DNA of 64,000 bases from Roseibacillus sp. (GCA_051251855.1 JBPOGI010000004.1:224001-288000); one strand, 5' to 3'; counted from the first letter of the stretch, positions 16,204 to 25,911 are shown. Program-made: numbers and translations. The notes: generated by a model from the sequence alone, not told the origin.

Positions 16204-19191
16204 TTAAGGAGTAACCACCAAACGAGCAAACTTCTTAGCATCAGGAGCCTGAGGTATGGTCAAAGTGACGGTATCAATTCCGGCTGCAGGAGAATCCTTA
16301 GCGACGGTCACTCCTGGACTCGCAGCAACGGCATTGTCCGAAACTGGATAGACAGCTGGGAAAGTCATCAAATCCGTACCAACCTCCACTTGCACTGCAG
16401 TCGTTCCATCAATCGAGTCTTGGTCACGCTCAAAGGAAAAGACCATGTCGCCGCCATTCACTGTCACACAAGGAACCTTACCCGAATCGTTCGTGTCCTT
16501 GTCTCCTCCGAGAACATACTCCACTCCGTTGGCAACCCCGTCACCATCGAAGTCGTCTTCAGGATTGCCCGCTGGAGCGTTAGTCGATGCCCACGCTGAG
16601 TAACCAGCAATGGCTCCAGTGACTGTGATACTTCCTGTTCCGGAAAGAGACGCTGGATGAGTTGCGGCATCGTAAACGCCCGGCACAAGCGAGGTCCCAT
16701 CAAGAATCAATACTGAAACACTATCCGTTCCGGTATAGTTGAGGTTCAGGACCGCGCCGTCCGCTACACTTACGGTTGCGAAGTTTGGAAGGAAGGCTGA
16801 AGCAATGCTCAGGGTTCCAGCATCAACGGTGGTGTCTCCAGTATAGGTATTGGCTCCCGAGAGAGTCAGAATACCGATTCCACTTTTCACAATCGAAGTC
16901 GTGCTCTCGATAACCCCTTCAAAAGTGGTATCGACATCTTGATTGACGGTCAAAGTGCCACCTCCAGTGATGACGTTGTTGGCCCCTATTCCGAGAGCGG
17001 AGGTACGAGTTTCGATCGAAGCCACGGTCTGATCAAAGCCATTGAGGTCGAGCGCTCCCGTTGAGTTCCCAGTGGTAGTAAAACCAAAGACGAGATCGGA
17101 GGTCGCCGGAATGGCATCCGAGACTCCCAGTTGTATCGTGTGGGAAAACGCAAGACCAGTTTGCCCCCATGTGTTGCCTGACACATTGAACACATTCGTG
17201 CCGCCGCCTCCTCCACTGAAATTACCTGTCCCAAGGTCAACAGTGCTGTTGAATGTGCTGGAGCCAATCGCTGAAAGGCTAACTCCAGTTCCAGTGTGGG
17301 TAATGCCGCCATTGTAGGTCAACGTTCCACCCCCAGTAGGTTGTGTTCGCACTCCAGAGGTCAAGGTAACGAGACCGTCGAGAGTAATGTCCCCATCGGG
17401 TCGAAGTGCGCCCACATTCTGAGTGTCACCGTTTCCTCCAATGGTCAGGTCTTCAGCAAGAGTTAAATCTCCCACGAGATGAAGAGTGGCTCCCGCTTCA
17501 ACAACAGTGCCACTCGCGGCTCCAGAAACACCCAACGCGCCCTCATTTAAGATCCTAAGGAAACCGTCACTCACGGTGGTGACCCCGGTGTAGGTATTTT
17601 CATTTGAGAGAGTCAAGAAACCAGCCCCGTCCTTGTTAAGGCCCAGCCCAGAGGCATCTTCACTGATCACCCCGGAAATCTCAAGATCGTGATCTTCGCC
17701 AAGATTAACTAAGCTGTTACCTCCCGTGAGTTCAATATCGAGCGAAATGCTATCGGTGATGGCATCAGTGCCCGGGGTTGTCACCGCGGTCGAAAGGATG
17801 GGCCCTTCTAGCTGGATACTATTTCCAGCCAAGGTGAAGCTCTCTCCATCTCCTCTATTACTGAACCTGATTTCTCCATAAGAATTACCAGCGGACAGGT
17901 CATTGCTCGTAGCGGCATTGGTTACACCGACAAACTCCAAAACCTCACCTCCTGCCCCTGTTGGAGCGACATCTCCAAGCCAGTTGGTCGCAGTGGACCA
18001 ATTGGCATCAGTCTCACCATCCCAAGTCAAATCAGCTTCACTGAGGCCTGTGATCACGGTAAGGGTAAAGTTGTTGGTAACCGCGCTCTGGGAAAAGGTG
18101 TAATCGACCCCCTCAACCCCGAAGCCCGTGATTGTTACGGAAGGACACTCGGTAGCGATGTTGTTGTAGTCGAAGAGCTCGAAGCTCGCTGGACCACCGT
18201 TATAGGCAGAACCATCAATCGTGATGGTCGTCGTCGAGAGCGAAGCATAGCCAACTCCCTTGAAGTTGCTCACCCCGCTCTCATCAAAGACAAAGTTGAA
18301 TGTCGCGGAACGACCGGCAGTGCTATTATTGAAGCGGTCAATCGTGATGTCCGCGTCATCGCCGATGATATTAAAAACAGTCGCCGCATCACCAAAGGCC
18401 TGCCCCCCTTGGGCACTCATGGTGCCCCCGCTAATATTAATGATTCCTCGAAACTGGATGGTATCGGTCGCTCCAGCGGCACCCGCCACAATGAAGTCGC
18501 CTCCGGAAAGGTTCAGGGTCCCTGTTGTTCCACCTGGCATCACTTGAAAGGTGCCTCCTTCAGGGCTGGGATCCGTCAATGTCACCGCGCCGGCTGATTG
18601 GTTGAACTCACCTCCCGTCAGGCTCAGACCCGCATCCGAAGTCACTGCCCCCCCAGTGACGTTGAACTGACCGGCTGCCACATTAATAACCGAAGTACTA
18701 TTGGCAAGAGACCCGCTACTCACCGTAACCACATTCAAAGGATTGTTAGCCGAAAGTGTCACCCCTGCCGTATTGAGGGTTCCTCCCTGAATGTTGAGAA
18801 CTCCCGCATCATCCCCGTCCCCAAGAAACATGGCGCCAGTGGTCAAAGAGCCACCAGTTTTAACGTTGAGCGTGGCAGGAGAAGCAGTACCAGCCAAATC
18901 ATTGATAAAGACATCGCCAGCCGCAATGTCGATCGCAGTATCCACTTCGATGGTTTGGCCCGGGTCGATGAAGGCGATATCCGGAATGGCCGCATCAGGA
19001 AGGACATTGAAGGGAGCGTTCGCAGAAGCAGTCACTGCTCCATTCCAATTTTGGTCCCAGTTGGTGGTGGTCCCCGCCGCTGCGTCTGAGAAGACCGAAG
19101 CAGCATGGGTAGCGGTCGAAACCGAGAATCCACAAAGAACTGCAAATGCAGTTCCTTTCGGGAAAGATATAAGAGGCTTACAGAATTTCAT
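16204..19191 (-). CDS. Large secreted protein with autotransporter-associated beta-strand repeats
   Basis: Signal peptide; LNKDGAGFLTLSNENTYTGVTTVSDGFL and IVKSGIGILTLSGANTYTGDTTVDAGTL; C-terminal YSAW...DFDGDGVANGVEYVLG...KKFARLVVTP. No beta-barrel seen. Confidence 0.88.
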   Translation of the reverse strand: MKFCKPLISFPKGTAFAVLCGFSVSTATHAASVFSDAAAGTTTNWDQNWNGAVTASANAPFNVLPDAAIPDIAFIDPGQTIEVDTAIDIAAGDVFINDLAGTASPATLNVKTGGSLTTGAMFLGDGDDAGVLNIQGGTLNTAGVTLSANNPLNVVTVSSGSLANSTSVINVAAGQFNVTGGAVTSDAGLSLTGGEFNQSAGAVTLTDPSPEGGTFQVMPGGTTGTLNLSGGDFIVAGAAGATDTIQFRGIINISGGTMSAQGGQAFGDAATVFNIIGDDADITIDRFNNSTAGRSATFNFVFDESGVSNFKGVGYASLSTTTITIDGSAYNGGPASFELFDYNNIATECPSVTITGFGVEGVDYTFSQSAVTNNFTLTVITGLSEADLTWDGETDANWSTATNWLGDVAPTGAGGEVLEFVGVTNAATSNDLSAGNSYGEIRFSNRGDGESFTLAGNSIQLEGPILSTAVTTPGTDAITDSISLDIELTGGNSLVNLGEDHDLEISGVISEDASGLGLNKDGAGFLTLSNENTYTGVTTVSDGFLRILNEGALGVSGAASGTVVEAGATLHLVGDLTLAEDLTIGGNGDTQNVGALRPDGDITLDGLVTLTSGVRTQPTGGGTLTYNGGITHTGTGVSLSAIGSSTFNSTVDLGTGNFSGGGGGTNVFNVSGNTWGQTGLAFSHTIQLGVSDAIPATSDLVFGFTTTGNSTGALDLNGFDQTVASIETRTSALGIGANNVITGGGTLTVNQDVDTTFEGVIESTTSIVKSGIGILTLSGANTYTGDTTVDAGTLSIASAFLPNFATVSVADGAVLNLNYTGTDSVSVLILDGTSLVPGVYDAATHPASLSGTGSITVTGAIAGYSAWASTNAPAGNPEDDFDGDGVANGVEYVLGGDKDTNDSGKVPCVTVNGGDMVFSFERDQDSIDGTTAVQVEVGTDLMTFPAVYPVSDNAVAASPGVTVAKDSPAAGIDTVTLTIPQAPDAKKFARLVVTP

Positions 19192-19416
19192 TGGTTTTTT
19201 GATTAAATTTCACGTGGAGAAGCAATTTCGCCAGTCTCCCAAACTGTCAGAATATCGGCCTTGAGGGTATCCTCAATTTATAGGAGACCCAACGGTTGGC
19301 TGGGACTCTTAAAGCTCCAAAGAGGAACTGCTTCCACGGACCAAAGCCATAAGGCGAGCCACTTCGAATCAAACAATTGATTTGAGATCTCAGGAGAAGA
19401 AGAGGAAAATGCCCGA

Positions 19417-21381
19417 ATGCGAGGACGATTGATTCGGCTAAGTTGGACGTTGGCCCTCGCGGCGAATAGCCTTCTGGGTTCTCCTCATGACGATCTCTCC
19501 CGCACAGAACTTAGAGAGCGCTTGGAATCAATTGACTCTGAGCTGAGCGAGCTGGCAAGCCTGAGTCTCAGAGGAGGAGTGGGAACGATCGGCTATCGTT
19601 CTGACAGCTATCAAGAGAGCGAAAACCGCGAATGGATACAAATTGATCTGGGAGAAGTCGAAACCATCGAGGAGATCGTTCTTGTCCCGACGATCTGGCG
19701 GGATACACGCACCGGATTTCGCGCCGACGGTTTTCCGTTAGAATTCCAAATTGTTGTTGGGACAGACAACGAAACCGGCACAATAGTCGCAAGCTTCACA
19801 GAAAAGGATCGCCTTCTCCCCCGCATTGCGCCCGTTGTCATTCCTTGTCAACGAATCGAGGCCTCTTGGATTCGAATCGAAGCCTTCCGTCTGAGCCCAA
19901 GAGCTTGGGATGGCCGCTATATTCTTCAGCTCTCTCAGATTTTGGCTTTCAATCAACATCTCAATGTAGCCCTCGGAAAAAAAGTCACCACCTCCTCCCA
20001 AGACCCCGCCAAAGGACAAGCAAGAAGCAAGGAGTATCTCGTCAATGGCTCGCTCCCCTACCTGATGGATGCGGCGCAAGGTGAACAAAGCGTGGCCTTT
20101 GTCAGTCGCCCAAGCACCTCTCCCGAAGCAGAATTGTCGATTGATTTAGGCTCCAAACATCTCTTGAAAAGCGCCCACTTCCACGCCACCGATCTCAGCG
20201 ACAGCGTCCCTCGAACGCAAGTTTCGGATTTTGGAATTCCTCTCAGTATGGTTTTGGAGGGAGCCAACCAGCCTGACTTCTCCGATGCCCTTCCTCTCAT
20301 CGACTACCAAAGAAATTCGGTCTATGAAATGAGTCCCATTCTCACCCAAAATTTTCCAGAAACGGAGTGCCGCTATGTCCGTCTCAAAATCCTTAAATCC
20401 TTTAGCGATTCCTTTAAAGGCATCACTAACTATCAAGTAGGCTTTGCCGAAATCGAACTTTTCTCTCAGGGCAAAAACGTCGCACTCGGTAAAGAAGTCC
20501 TGAGCAACCTCCCCCAGTTCACGCAAGGTCGGTCCCTGGAATCGCTCACCGATGGCCGTAATCTCTTTGGGGAGATTCTTCCTTTTCGTAACTGGATGAA
20601 GGAACTCGCACGACGGCATGAACTCGAAGTAGAACGCCCCTTTGTCGTCACCGCCCTCGACTCCAAGTACGCTCGTCAGCGAGTCATTCTTACGAGCCTA
20701 AAATGGCTGGCCGTCCTTTTGGCTGCAGGAATTTTAGTCACCATCTTTCTCACCCATATTTTTCGTCTGAGACACGTGGCACGCATTCGGGAACGACTGG
20801 CCGCTGACTTGCACGACGAGTTGGGAGCCAACCTACACACCATCGGACTTCTGAGTGACTTGGCCTCCGAGTCCGGCGACTCCCCTGAAGAACTAGAAAC
20901 TCTCCACCGTCGCATTCGTTCCGAAACCGAGCGTTCGGGAATCGCAGTGAGACATTGCACTGATATGTTGGAGGGAAAAGAACTCAGCTCGGACCTAGTC
21001 GGCGACATGCAGAGAGCTTCGCGACGAATTATGTCCAAGCTAAAACACGAGATTCTGATTGAAGGAGAAGAACATCTCCCAGCCCTCAAACAACGAATTC
21101 GCCATGACCTCTTTCTCTTCTACAAGGAATGTCTCGTCAACATCAGCCGCCATGCCGAAGCCAGTCAATATCAGACCTCCATCAAATTGGACGGAAAAAA
21201 GCTACGCCTCTCCATCAGTGACAATGGAAAAGGCATCTCCGACTCACTCGTAAACGGAGTCCCCTCTTCCATCAAACGTCGAGCGAGATTGCTCGGAGGT
21301 CGCGTGACCGTAGAAAGCCCCCCGAAGGGAGGCACCCAAGTGGTCCTCAACCTCAACACTAGAAAATGGGGAATCTTATGA
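19417..21381 (+). CDS. Sensor histidine kinase (HisKA_3) with extracytoplasmic discoidin/F5-8 type C-like domains
   Basis: Signal peptide; EWIQIDLG, two NVALGK motifs, one TM helix, LAADLHDELGANL, SDNGKG. Confidence 0.88.
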   Translation: MRGRLIRLSWTLALAANSLLGSPHDDLSRTELRERLESIDSELSELASLSLRGGVGTIGYRSDSYQESENREWIQIDLGEVETIEEIVLVPTIWRDTRTGFRADGFPLEFQIVVGTDNETGTIVASFTEKDRLLPRIAPVVIPCQRIEASWIRIEAFRLSPRAWDGRYILQLSQILAFNQHLNVALGKKVTTSSQDPAKGQARSKEYLVNGSLPYLMDAAQGEQSVAFVSRPSTSPEAELSIDLGSKHLLKSAHFHATDLSDSVPRTQVSDFGIPLSMVLEGANQPDFSDALPLIDYQRNSVYEMSPILTQNFPETECRYVRLKILKSFSDSFKGITNYQVGFAEIELFSQGKNVALGKEVLSNLPQFTQGRSLESLTDGRNLFGEILPFRNWMKELARRHELEVERPFVVTALDSKYARQRVILTSLKWLAVLLAAGILVTIFLTHIFRLRHVARIRERLAADLHDELGANLHTIGLLSDLASESGDSPEELETLHRRIRSETERSGIAVRHCTDMLEGKELSSDLVGDMQRASRRIMSKLKHEILIEGEEHLPALKQRIRHDLFLFYKECLVNISRHAEASQYQTSIKLDGKKLRLSISDNGKGISDSLVNGVPSSIKRRARLLGGRVTVESPPKGGTQVVLNLNTRKWGIL

Positions 21382-21438
21382 GCGCCTTGAAACGTTTCCA
21401 AATCTGTCTATCACTCTCAACCTTCTCCCTTCCCCACC

Positions 21439-22101
21439 ATGTCTGAAAAAATTCGCGTAATGCTCGTCGAGGACCACCCCGAGTATCGAGAAGTCGTAGA
21501 GCTCGCCCTGGGAAAGGAGAAAAGCTGTGAACTTTGGGCTGAATTTGGAACTGCCGAGCGAGCCATCCGTTACCTCCAAGACCATCAAAAAAGCGAAACC
21601 CCCGATGTCATTCTCCTCGATCTCAACTTGCCCGGCATCGACGGCTTGCAAGCCATTCCCCTCATCCTCGACATCGTACCCAACGTCAAAATTATTGTTC
21701 TCACTCAATCCGACCGTGAAGACCACGTCTTGCAGGCAATCGCGCAAGGAGCCTCGGGATATCTTTTAAAATCTTCCACCGTAAGGCAGCTCATCGACGG
21801 CATTTCTTCGGTCGTCAGAGGAGGAGCCTCTCTCGATGCTCGCGTCGCTCATGTAGTACTCACCTCCTTGCGCTCGAAGACTCAGCCAGAGGCTCCAGAG
21901 CTTTCCATTACTGGCCGAGAACTCGAAGTTTTGACTCTACTGGCAGAAGGCTTCTCAAAGAAGATGATCGCAGACCAACTCTCAATCAGCACCACCACGG
22001 TCGTCACTCACGTTACCAATATCTATGCCAAGCTGGATGCACAGAACGCTCCCGCCGCTATCGCAAAGGCTTTCCGTAGTGGTCTCCTAAAGTTGGACTA
22101 G
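21439..22101 (+). CDS. NarL/LuxR family response regulator
   Basis: VMLVEDH, ILLDLNLPG, GASGYLLK, ITGRELEVL...HVTNIYAKL. Confidence 0.93.
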   Translation: MSEKIRVMLVEDHPEYREVVELALGKEKSCELWAEFGTAERAIRYLQDHQKSETPDVILLDLNLPGIDGLQAIPLILDIVPNVKIIVLTQSDREDHVLQAIAQGASGYLLKSSTVRQLIDGISSVVRGGASLDARVAHVVLTSLRSKTQPEAPELSITGRELEVLTLLAEGFSKKMIADQLSISTTTVVTHVTNIYAKLDAQNAPAAIAKAFRSGLLKLD

Positions 22102-22281
22102 CTCCCCGAAGTATTCGCCCCAAGGCAAACTCACTCGAATAAACTCCATTTTCAGGCACCGGAACCCCCGCTTTTTCTCTTCGACTCATGAAATGGAAGA
22201 ACACGCTAGAGAAAACTCGATCACATTTTCCAAGCGGAAAGATTGGTCAAAGCGCTGTTTTCTGGTAGCCAGAAGGTTCTC

Positions 22282-24318
22282 ATGAGCGATGCGGAAAAAA
22301 GCCCCCTTGATTTGACTGGTTTGGACTTCGGTCCAGCTTGGGCAAAAGACAAAACCCCAGCCCGCGATTATTCGAAAGAAGTCGGTCCTCGCGAAAACCG
22401 TGATCGTCGTGGCAAAGGCCCGCGCCGCGAAGGTGGTGGCGGACAAAACGACCGCCGCCAAAGCAATGATCGACGTCAAAGTAACGACAGACGTAACGAC
22501 CAAAGAGGTGATCGGCGCAACAATGATCGACGTAGTAATGATCGTCGCGGAGGTGACCGTCGTGATCAGCATCGCGAACCACGAGTCGAAGTCCCCGCTC
22601 CCGAAGGCTTTAACGGAGGCGTCATGCCCGTCGAAGAAGGACTCGACAATCTCTCCAAAGAAATCCAAGGCGGCGGCCGCACCTACTCCGTCTTTGACCT
22701 CGCTCGCGTCGTCATGGGAGCTCGCGAACGATTCAACGTCACCTTCGAGGCCCCCAAGGGCACCAAGTTTTTCCGCTGCAAGAGCGACGGCTCTCTTTGG
22801 CTCACCAAAGACGAAGCCGTGCGGCACTTTTGGCAAGCCAACCTTCTTTCTGAGCTCTACGAGCAAGTCGAAACCGAAGTCGAAGCTCCCAAAGGAAACT
22901 TCACCTCTGTCGCCAAGTGCGGACTCTCTGGCAAGTGGCTCGCACCTCCGAACTACCATAGCTACCCCACCGCAGTAGCCCAAATGCATGCCGAGCGCTA
23001 CGCCCACATGTCCTTGGAAGACTACAAGCGCAAGATTCGCGTCGAGAACGGCGAGGAAGTGGTTGCCGCTTGGATGGAAACACAAACCAAGAAGACTCAA
23101 TTTCGCCCGCTTTCTACCCAAGAAATTCTCGACCTCCGCGCCCAGCGCAAGGCCGCAGAAGAAGAGGCTAAGGAAGGATCCAAAGGAGACGCCCCAGACA
23201 AGGACGCTCCTCCTTCCGAACCTCAATCCGAAGAAGAACCCGCCCCAGTCGCCGAAGCTCCCACTGCAACTCCGGTAGAAGAACCAGCCACTGAAGAAAC
23301 GACAGAGGCTGTAATAGAAGAAGCTTCCACCAGCGGAGAATCTTCTAACGAAGAGCCTACCGAAGAAGTTGCAACTGAAGCCACCGAAACGACCTCAGAG
23401 ACCGCTGAAGAAGCTCCTCAAAGCGAAGATGAGACTCCTGCAGTCAAAGAAGAGAAGCCCTCCCCGGAAATTCAGCTTTTCGAGAGCCGTCGCGACGTCG
23501 AGCGTCACTTCGCCGACCACCACTTCAAACACATCTTTGCTCAGATTGACCGTGCTTGGGTGCCCGGTAACGTCTCCGCCAAGCTCCTGTCCCCTGCTCT
23601 TCTCACTCTCCTCAAAGCAACCGTCGCCGACGAGCGGCGCTACCCCTCCAAGCTGACTCCCATTCTCTGCCGTCAGCTCTCAGGCCGTCATCTGGCCGTC
23701 TTTAAGTGGAAGAAAAAGCTCAAGGCCGGCCCCGCCCGCCCTCATGCTGTCCCCGAAGATATCCAACTCGCCGAGCGTCCTCAACAAATGCTCGCGTGGA
23801 TCACCGAAAACAGTGGTAAGAACCTCGAAGACCTCTGGAATGGCACCCTTCCTGAGAAGACCGACGAAGAGACCAAGCGGAACTACTACCACGACCTCCA
23901 CTGGCTCCTCAACCAAGGCTTCGTCCTTCTCATGGCGGACAGCACCATTCACCTCGCGAAAGCTAAAGTGGTGGAAACTCCCAAAAAGGAGAAAAAGGAA
24001 AAGTCCGAGCCCAAAGAAGAAGCCAAGACCGAAGAGAGCAAAGCCGAGGAAGCCACCGAACCTGCCGAGCCCAAAGCAGAGGAGCCCAAAGCAGAGGAGC
24101 CCAAAGCAGAGGAGCCCAAAGCAGAGGAGCCCAAAGCAGAGGAGCCTAAAGCAGAGGAGCCTAAAGCAGAGGAGCCTAAAGCAGAGGAGCCTAAAGCAGA
24201 GGAGCCTAAAGCAGAGGAGCCTAAGGCCGAAAAGCCCAAGACCGAAGAGCCAGCAGTCGAGGAACCCAAGGCCGAAGAGCCTAAAGCAGCTACTGAAGCT
24301 CCTACGGAAGAGTCCTAA
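22282..24318 (+). CDS. Hypothetical protein with Arg/Asp-rich N-terminus, acidic linker and EEPKA repeat tail
   Basis: Long ORF with host-like codon use; ATG 22282; two globular-looking regions separated by low-complexity segments. Confidence 0.8.
   Translation: MSDAEKSPLDLTGLDFGPAWAKDKTPARDYSKEVGPRENRDRRGKGPRREGGGGQNDRRQSNDRRQSNDRRNDQRGDRRNNDRRSNDRRGGDRRDQHREPRVEVPAPEGFNGGVMPVEEGLDNLSKEIQGGGRTYSVFDLARVVMGARERFNVTFEAPKGTKFFRCKSDGSLWLTKDEAVRHFWQANLLSELYEQVETEVEAPKGNFTSVAKCGLSGKWLAPPNYHSYPTAVAQMHAERYAHMSLEDYKRKIRVENGEEVVAAWMETQTKKTQFRPLSTQEILDLRAQRKAAEEEAKEGSKGDAPDKDAPPSEPQSEEEPAPVAEAPTATPVEEPATEETTEAVIEEASTSGESSNEEPTEEVATEATETTSETAEEAPQSEDETPAVKEEKPSPEIQLFESRRDVERHFADHHFKHIFAQIDRAWVPGNVSAKLLSPALLTLLKATVADERRYPSKLTPILCRQLSGRHLAVFKWKKKLKAGPARPHAVPEDIQLAERPQQMLAWITENSGKNLEDLWNGTLPEKTDEETKRNYYHDLHWLLNQGFVLLMADSTIHLAKAKVVETPKKEKKEKSEPKEEAKTEESKAEEATEPAEPKAEEPKAEEPKAEEPKAEEPKAEEPKAEEPKAEEPKAEEPKAEEPKAEEPKAEKPKTEEPAVEEPKAEEPKAATEAPTEES
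24067..24216 (+). repeat. 15-bp coding tandem repeat, 10 units (5x GAGCCCAAAGCAGAG then 5x GAGCCTAAAGCAGAG), degenerate copies follow
   Basis: Read directly from the sequence; encodes EPKAE repeats. Confidence 0.95.
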
Positions 24319-24323
24319 CCCGA

Positions 24324-24356
24324 TTTGGAGTGCGGTGCGCAGCACCTCACTCCAAA
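24324..24356. repeat. REP-like hairpin or bidirectional terminator between convergent genes
   Basis: TTTGGAGTG-C-GGTGC-GCA-GCACC-T-CACTCCAAA. Confidence 0.65.
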
Positions 24357-24363
24357 ACTCCCC

Positions 24364-25911
24364 CTACTCGTCCCCACCCAAAATCCCATTCAAAATCCCG
24401 AAGCCAGTCTTCACACCCTCTTCCACGACCCCGCTGCCCTGTTCCAGCACCTCTTCCACTACCTTCGCGCCCTCTTCCAGCACCAAGCCCTGATTCTCTA
24501 GCAAGAGACTTGTTCCTTGGTCGAGAGCTTCGCCACTATACCTCAGGGCCCACAAACCCGTCTCGGGAATCATCTCGAACATCCTCTCTCCCGCCGCCCG
24601 AATCATCCGCTCGCTCAGATCCTCTTTGGGACTCTTCATCGTCCCCGAGAGATTCACAGTCGCCCATAGCATTCCATTCTTCCCAGGTAGAAAAACCTTT
24701 TCTTCCGCACCCGGGATGTGCGCCAGCAAGCCCGGCGGCACTCCCACCTCCAACTGCCCCGAAAGCGCCTCGCTTTGCCCAGCTACCGTTCCCTCCACGC
24801 GCAAAAGACCTTCATCAAACAATTCCAAATCACGAACCTCCCACGAGTCTTCCTCCTTCCGCACCTTCGCCCGAGCCTCCTCAAAAGTCAGTCGCTGCAA
24901 CCGTGCCGTGCCCGCGTAGGCCGCAAGCCGATCCAGAAAAGGCAACCCCTCCACAACCCCTTGCTTCAACTCCAACTCACCCACGAGCGCCTCAGGATTC
25001 CAATCAGCACTTCCACTCAGGCGCCCGCTTATAATTTCTTGCCATTTCAGCGGCAAAAGAGTTTTCAAATCCCAGTCTTCAAACAAAGCGCTCAACCCAC
25101 TCTCTCGACCTAGAGACCCGGTGACCTCCAAAGACTCAAAATCATCGCCCGTCCACTCACTGGCGACAACCTCTAATCCCTCTTCGGAAAGAGCCAAAGC
25201 CCCGGTCTGCAATCGGAGCAACGAGGCCCACTCGTGAGGTGTCTGCAAGCGCCCACCCTCAAGGTTCACAATATTGGAAAATTGCTGTCGAGGTTGGCAA
25301 CTTAAGCTCACCCCATCCCAAGAGTAGTCCCCTGCTTCCGTCCTTACCTCTCCTTCGTAATCGCTCACCAAGACCTCGTGCACCTCCGTACGATTCGGAA
25401 GCCAATTCGCTCCCTTCTTCTTTTCACCCGAAGATTTTCGAGAACTCCCCTGAGTAACACTTTTATCAGCCCCCTTCTCGCGAAGATCCCATTCACTCCT
25501 CGCTTCGCGAATCTCAATCTTTGGAACAATCCAGACCTTGTCCCAAAAACCGCTCAAGTCGATCTCCGCAGCCAAATCGCGAGCCTTCCAATCCCCCGAT
25601 TTCGCACTGATTAACGAAAGCTCCCCCACTTCCATTCTCGATCCTTGCCATTCGAGGAACCCCACCTCGGCCCTTCCGCCCACCGCAGAACCGATTTCTC
25701 GACCCAACTGCTGACGGAACTCCTCGCTGCGGAGATAGCCTTTCAACCAAACAAAGCCCCCTAATAACACAAGAATCAGCACCAACAACAAGCCCAAGGC
25801 CCCCTTGAGCCACCATCCCCCTGAGCCCGAAGACTTTACCTTTGAGGGACTTTTACTAGGGGAGGATTGAGATGAAACTGAAGCCTTCCGCTTTCTCTGC
25901 CGACGGGACAT
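24364..25911 (-). CDS. AsmA-like membrane-anchored hypothetical protein
   Basis: Basic N-terminus, single TM helix, long beta-rich region, C-terminal VNLSGTMKSPKEDL. ATG 25911 preferred. Confidence 0.6.
   Translation of the reverse strand: MSRRQRKRKASVSSQSSPSKSPSKVKSSGSGGWWLKGALGLLLVLILVLLGGFVWLKGYLRSEEFRQQLGREIGSAVGGRAEVGFLEWQGSRMEVGELSLISAKSGDWKARDLAAEIDLSGFWDKVWIVPKIEIREARSEWDLREKGADKSVTQGSSRKSSGEKKKGANWLPNRTEVHEVLVSDYEGEVRTEAGDYSWDGVSLSCQPRQQFSNIVNLEGGRLQTPHEWASLLRLQTGALALSEEGLEVVASEWTGDDFESLEVTGSLGRESGLSALFEDWDLKTLLPLKWQEIISGRLSGSADWNPEALVGELELKQGVVEGLPFLDRLAAYAGTARLQRLTFEEARAKVRKEEDSWEVRDLELFDEGLLRVEGTVAGQSEALSGQLEVGVPPGLLAHIPGAEEKVFLPGKNGMLWATVNLSGTMKSPKEDLSERMIRAAGERMFEMIPETGLWALRYSGEALDQGTSLLLENQGLVLEEGAKVVEEVLEQGSGVVEEGVKTGFGILNGILGGDE

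Noticed and set aside
16204..19191. Classical type V autotransporter
   Set aside because: Passenger-type repeats are present, but there is no C-terminal beta-barrel or terminal aromatic residue.
19270..19290. CCT-Nx-AGG palindromes near the two-component loci (also ~60556-60575 and ~62631-62649) as a shared regulator box
   Set aside because: Spacing differs between sites and the arms are only 4-5 bp; not distinguishable from chance.
24067..24290. Regular repeat as a possible CRISPR array
   Set aside because: Head-to-tail 15-bp units with no spacers, in frame within a CDS; no cas genes nearby.
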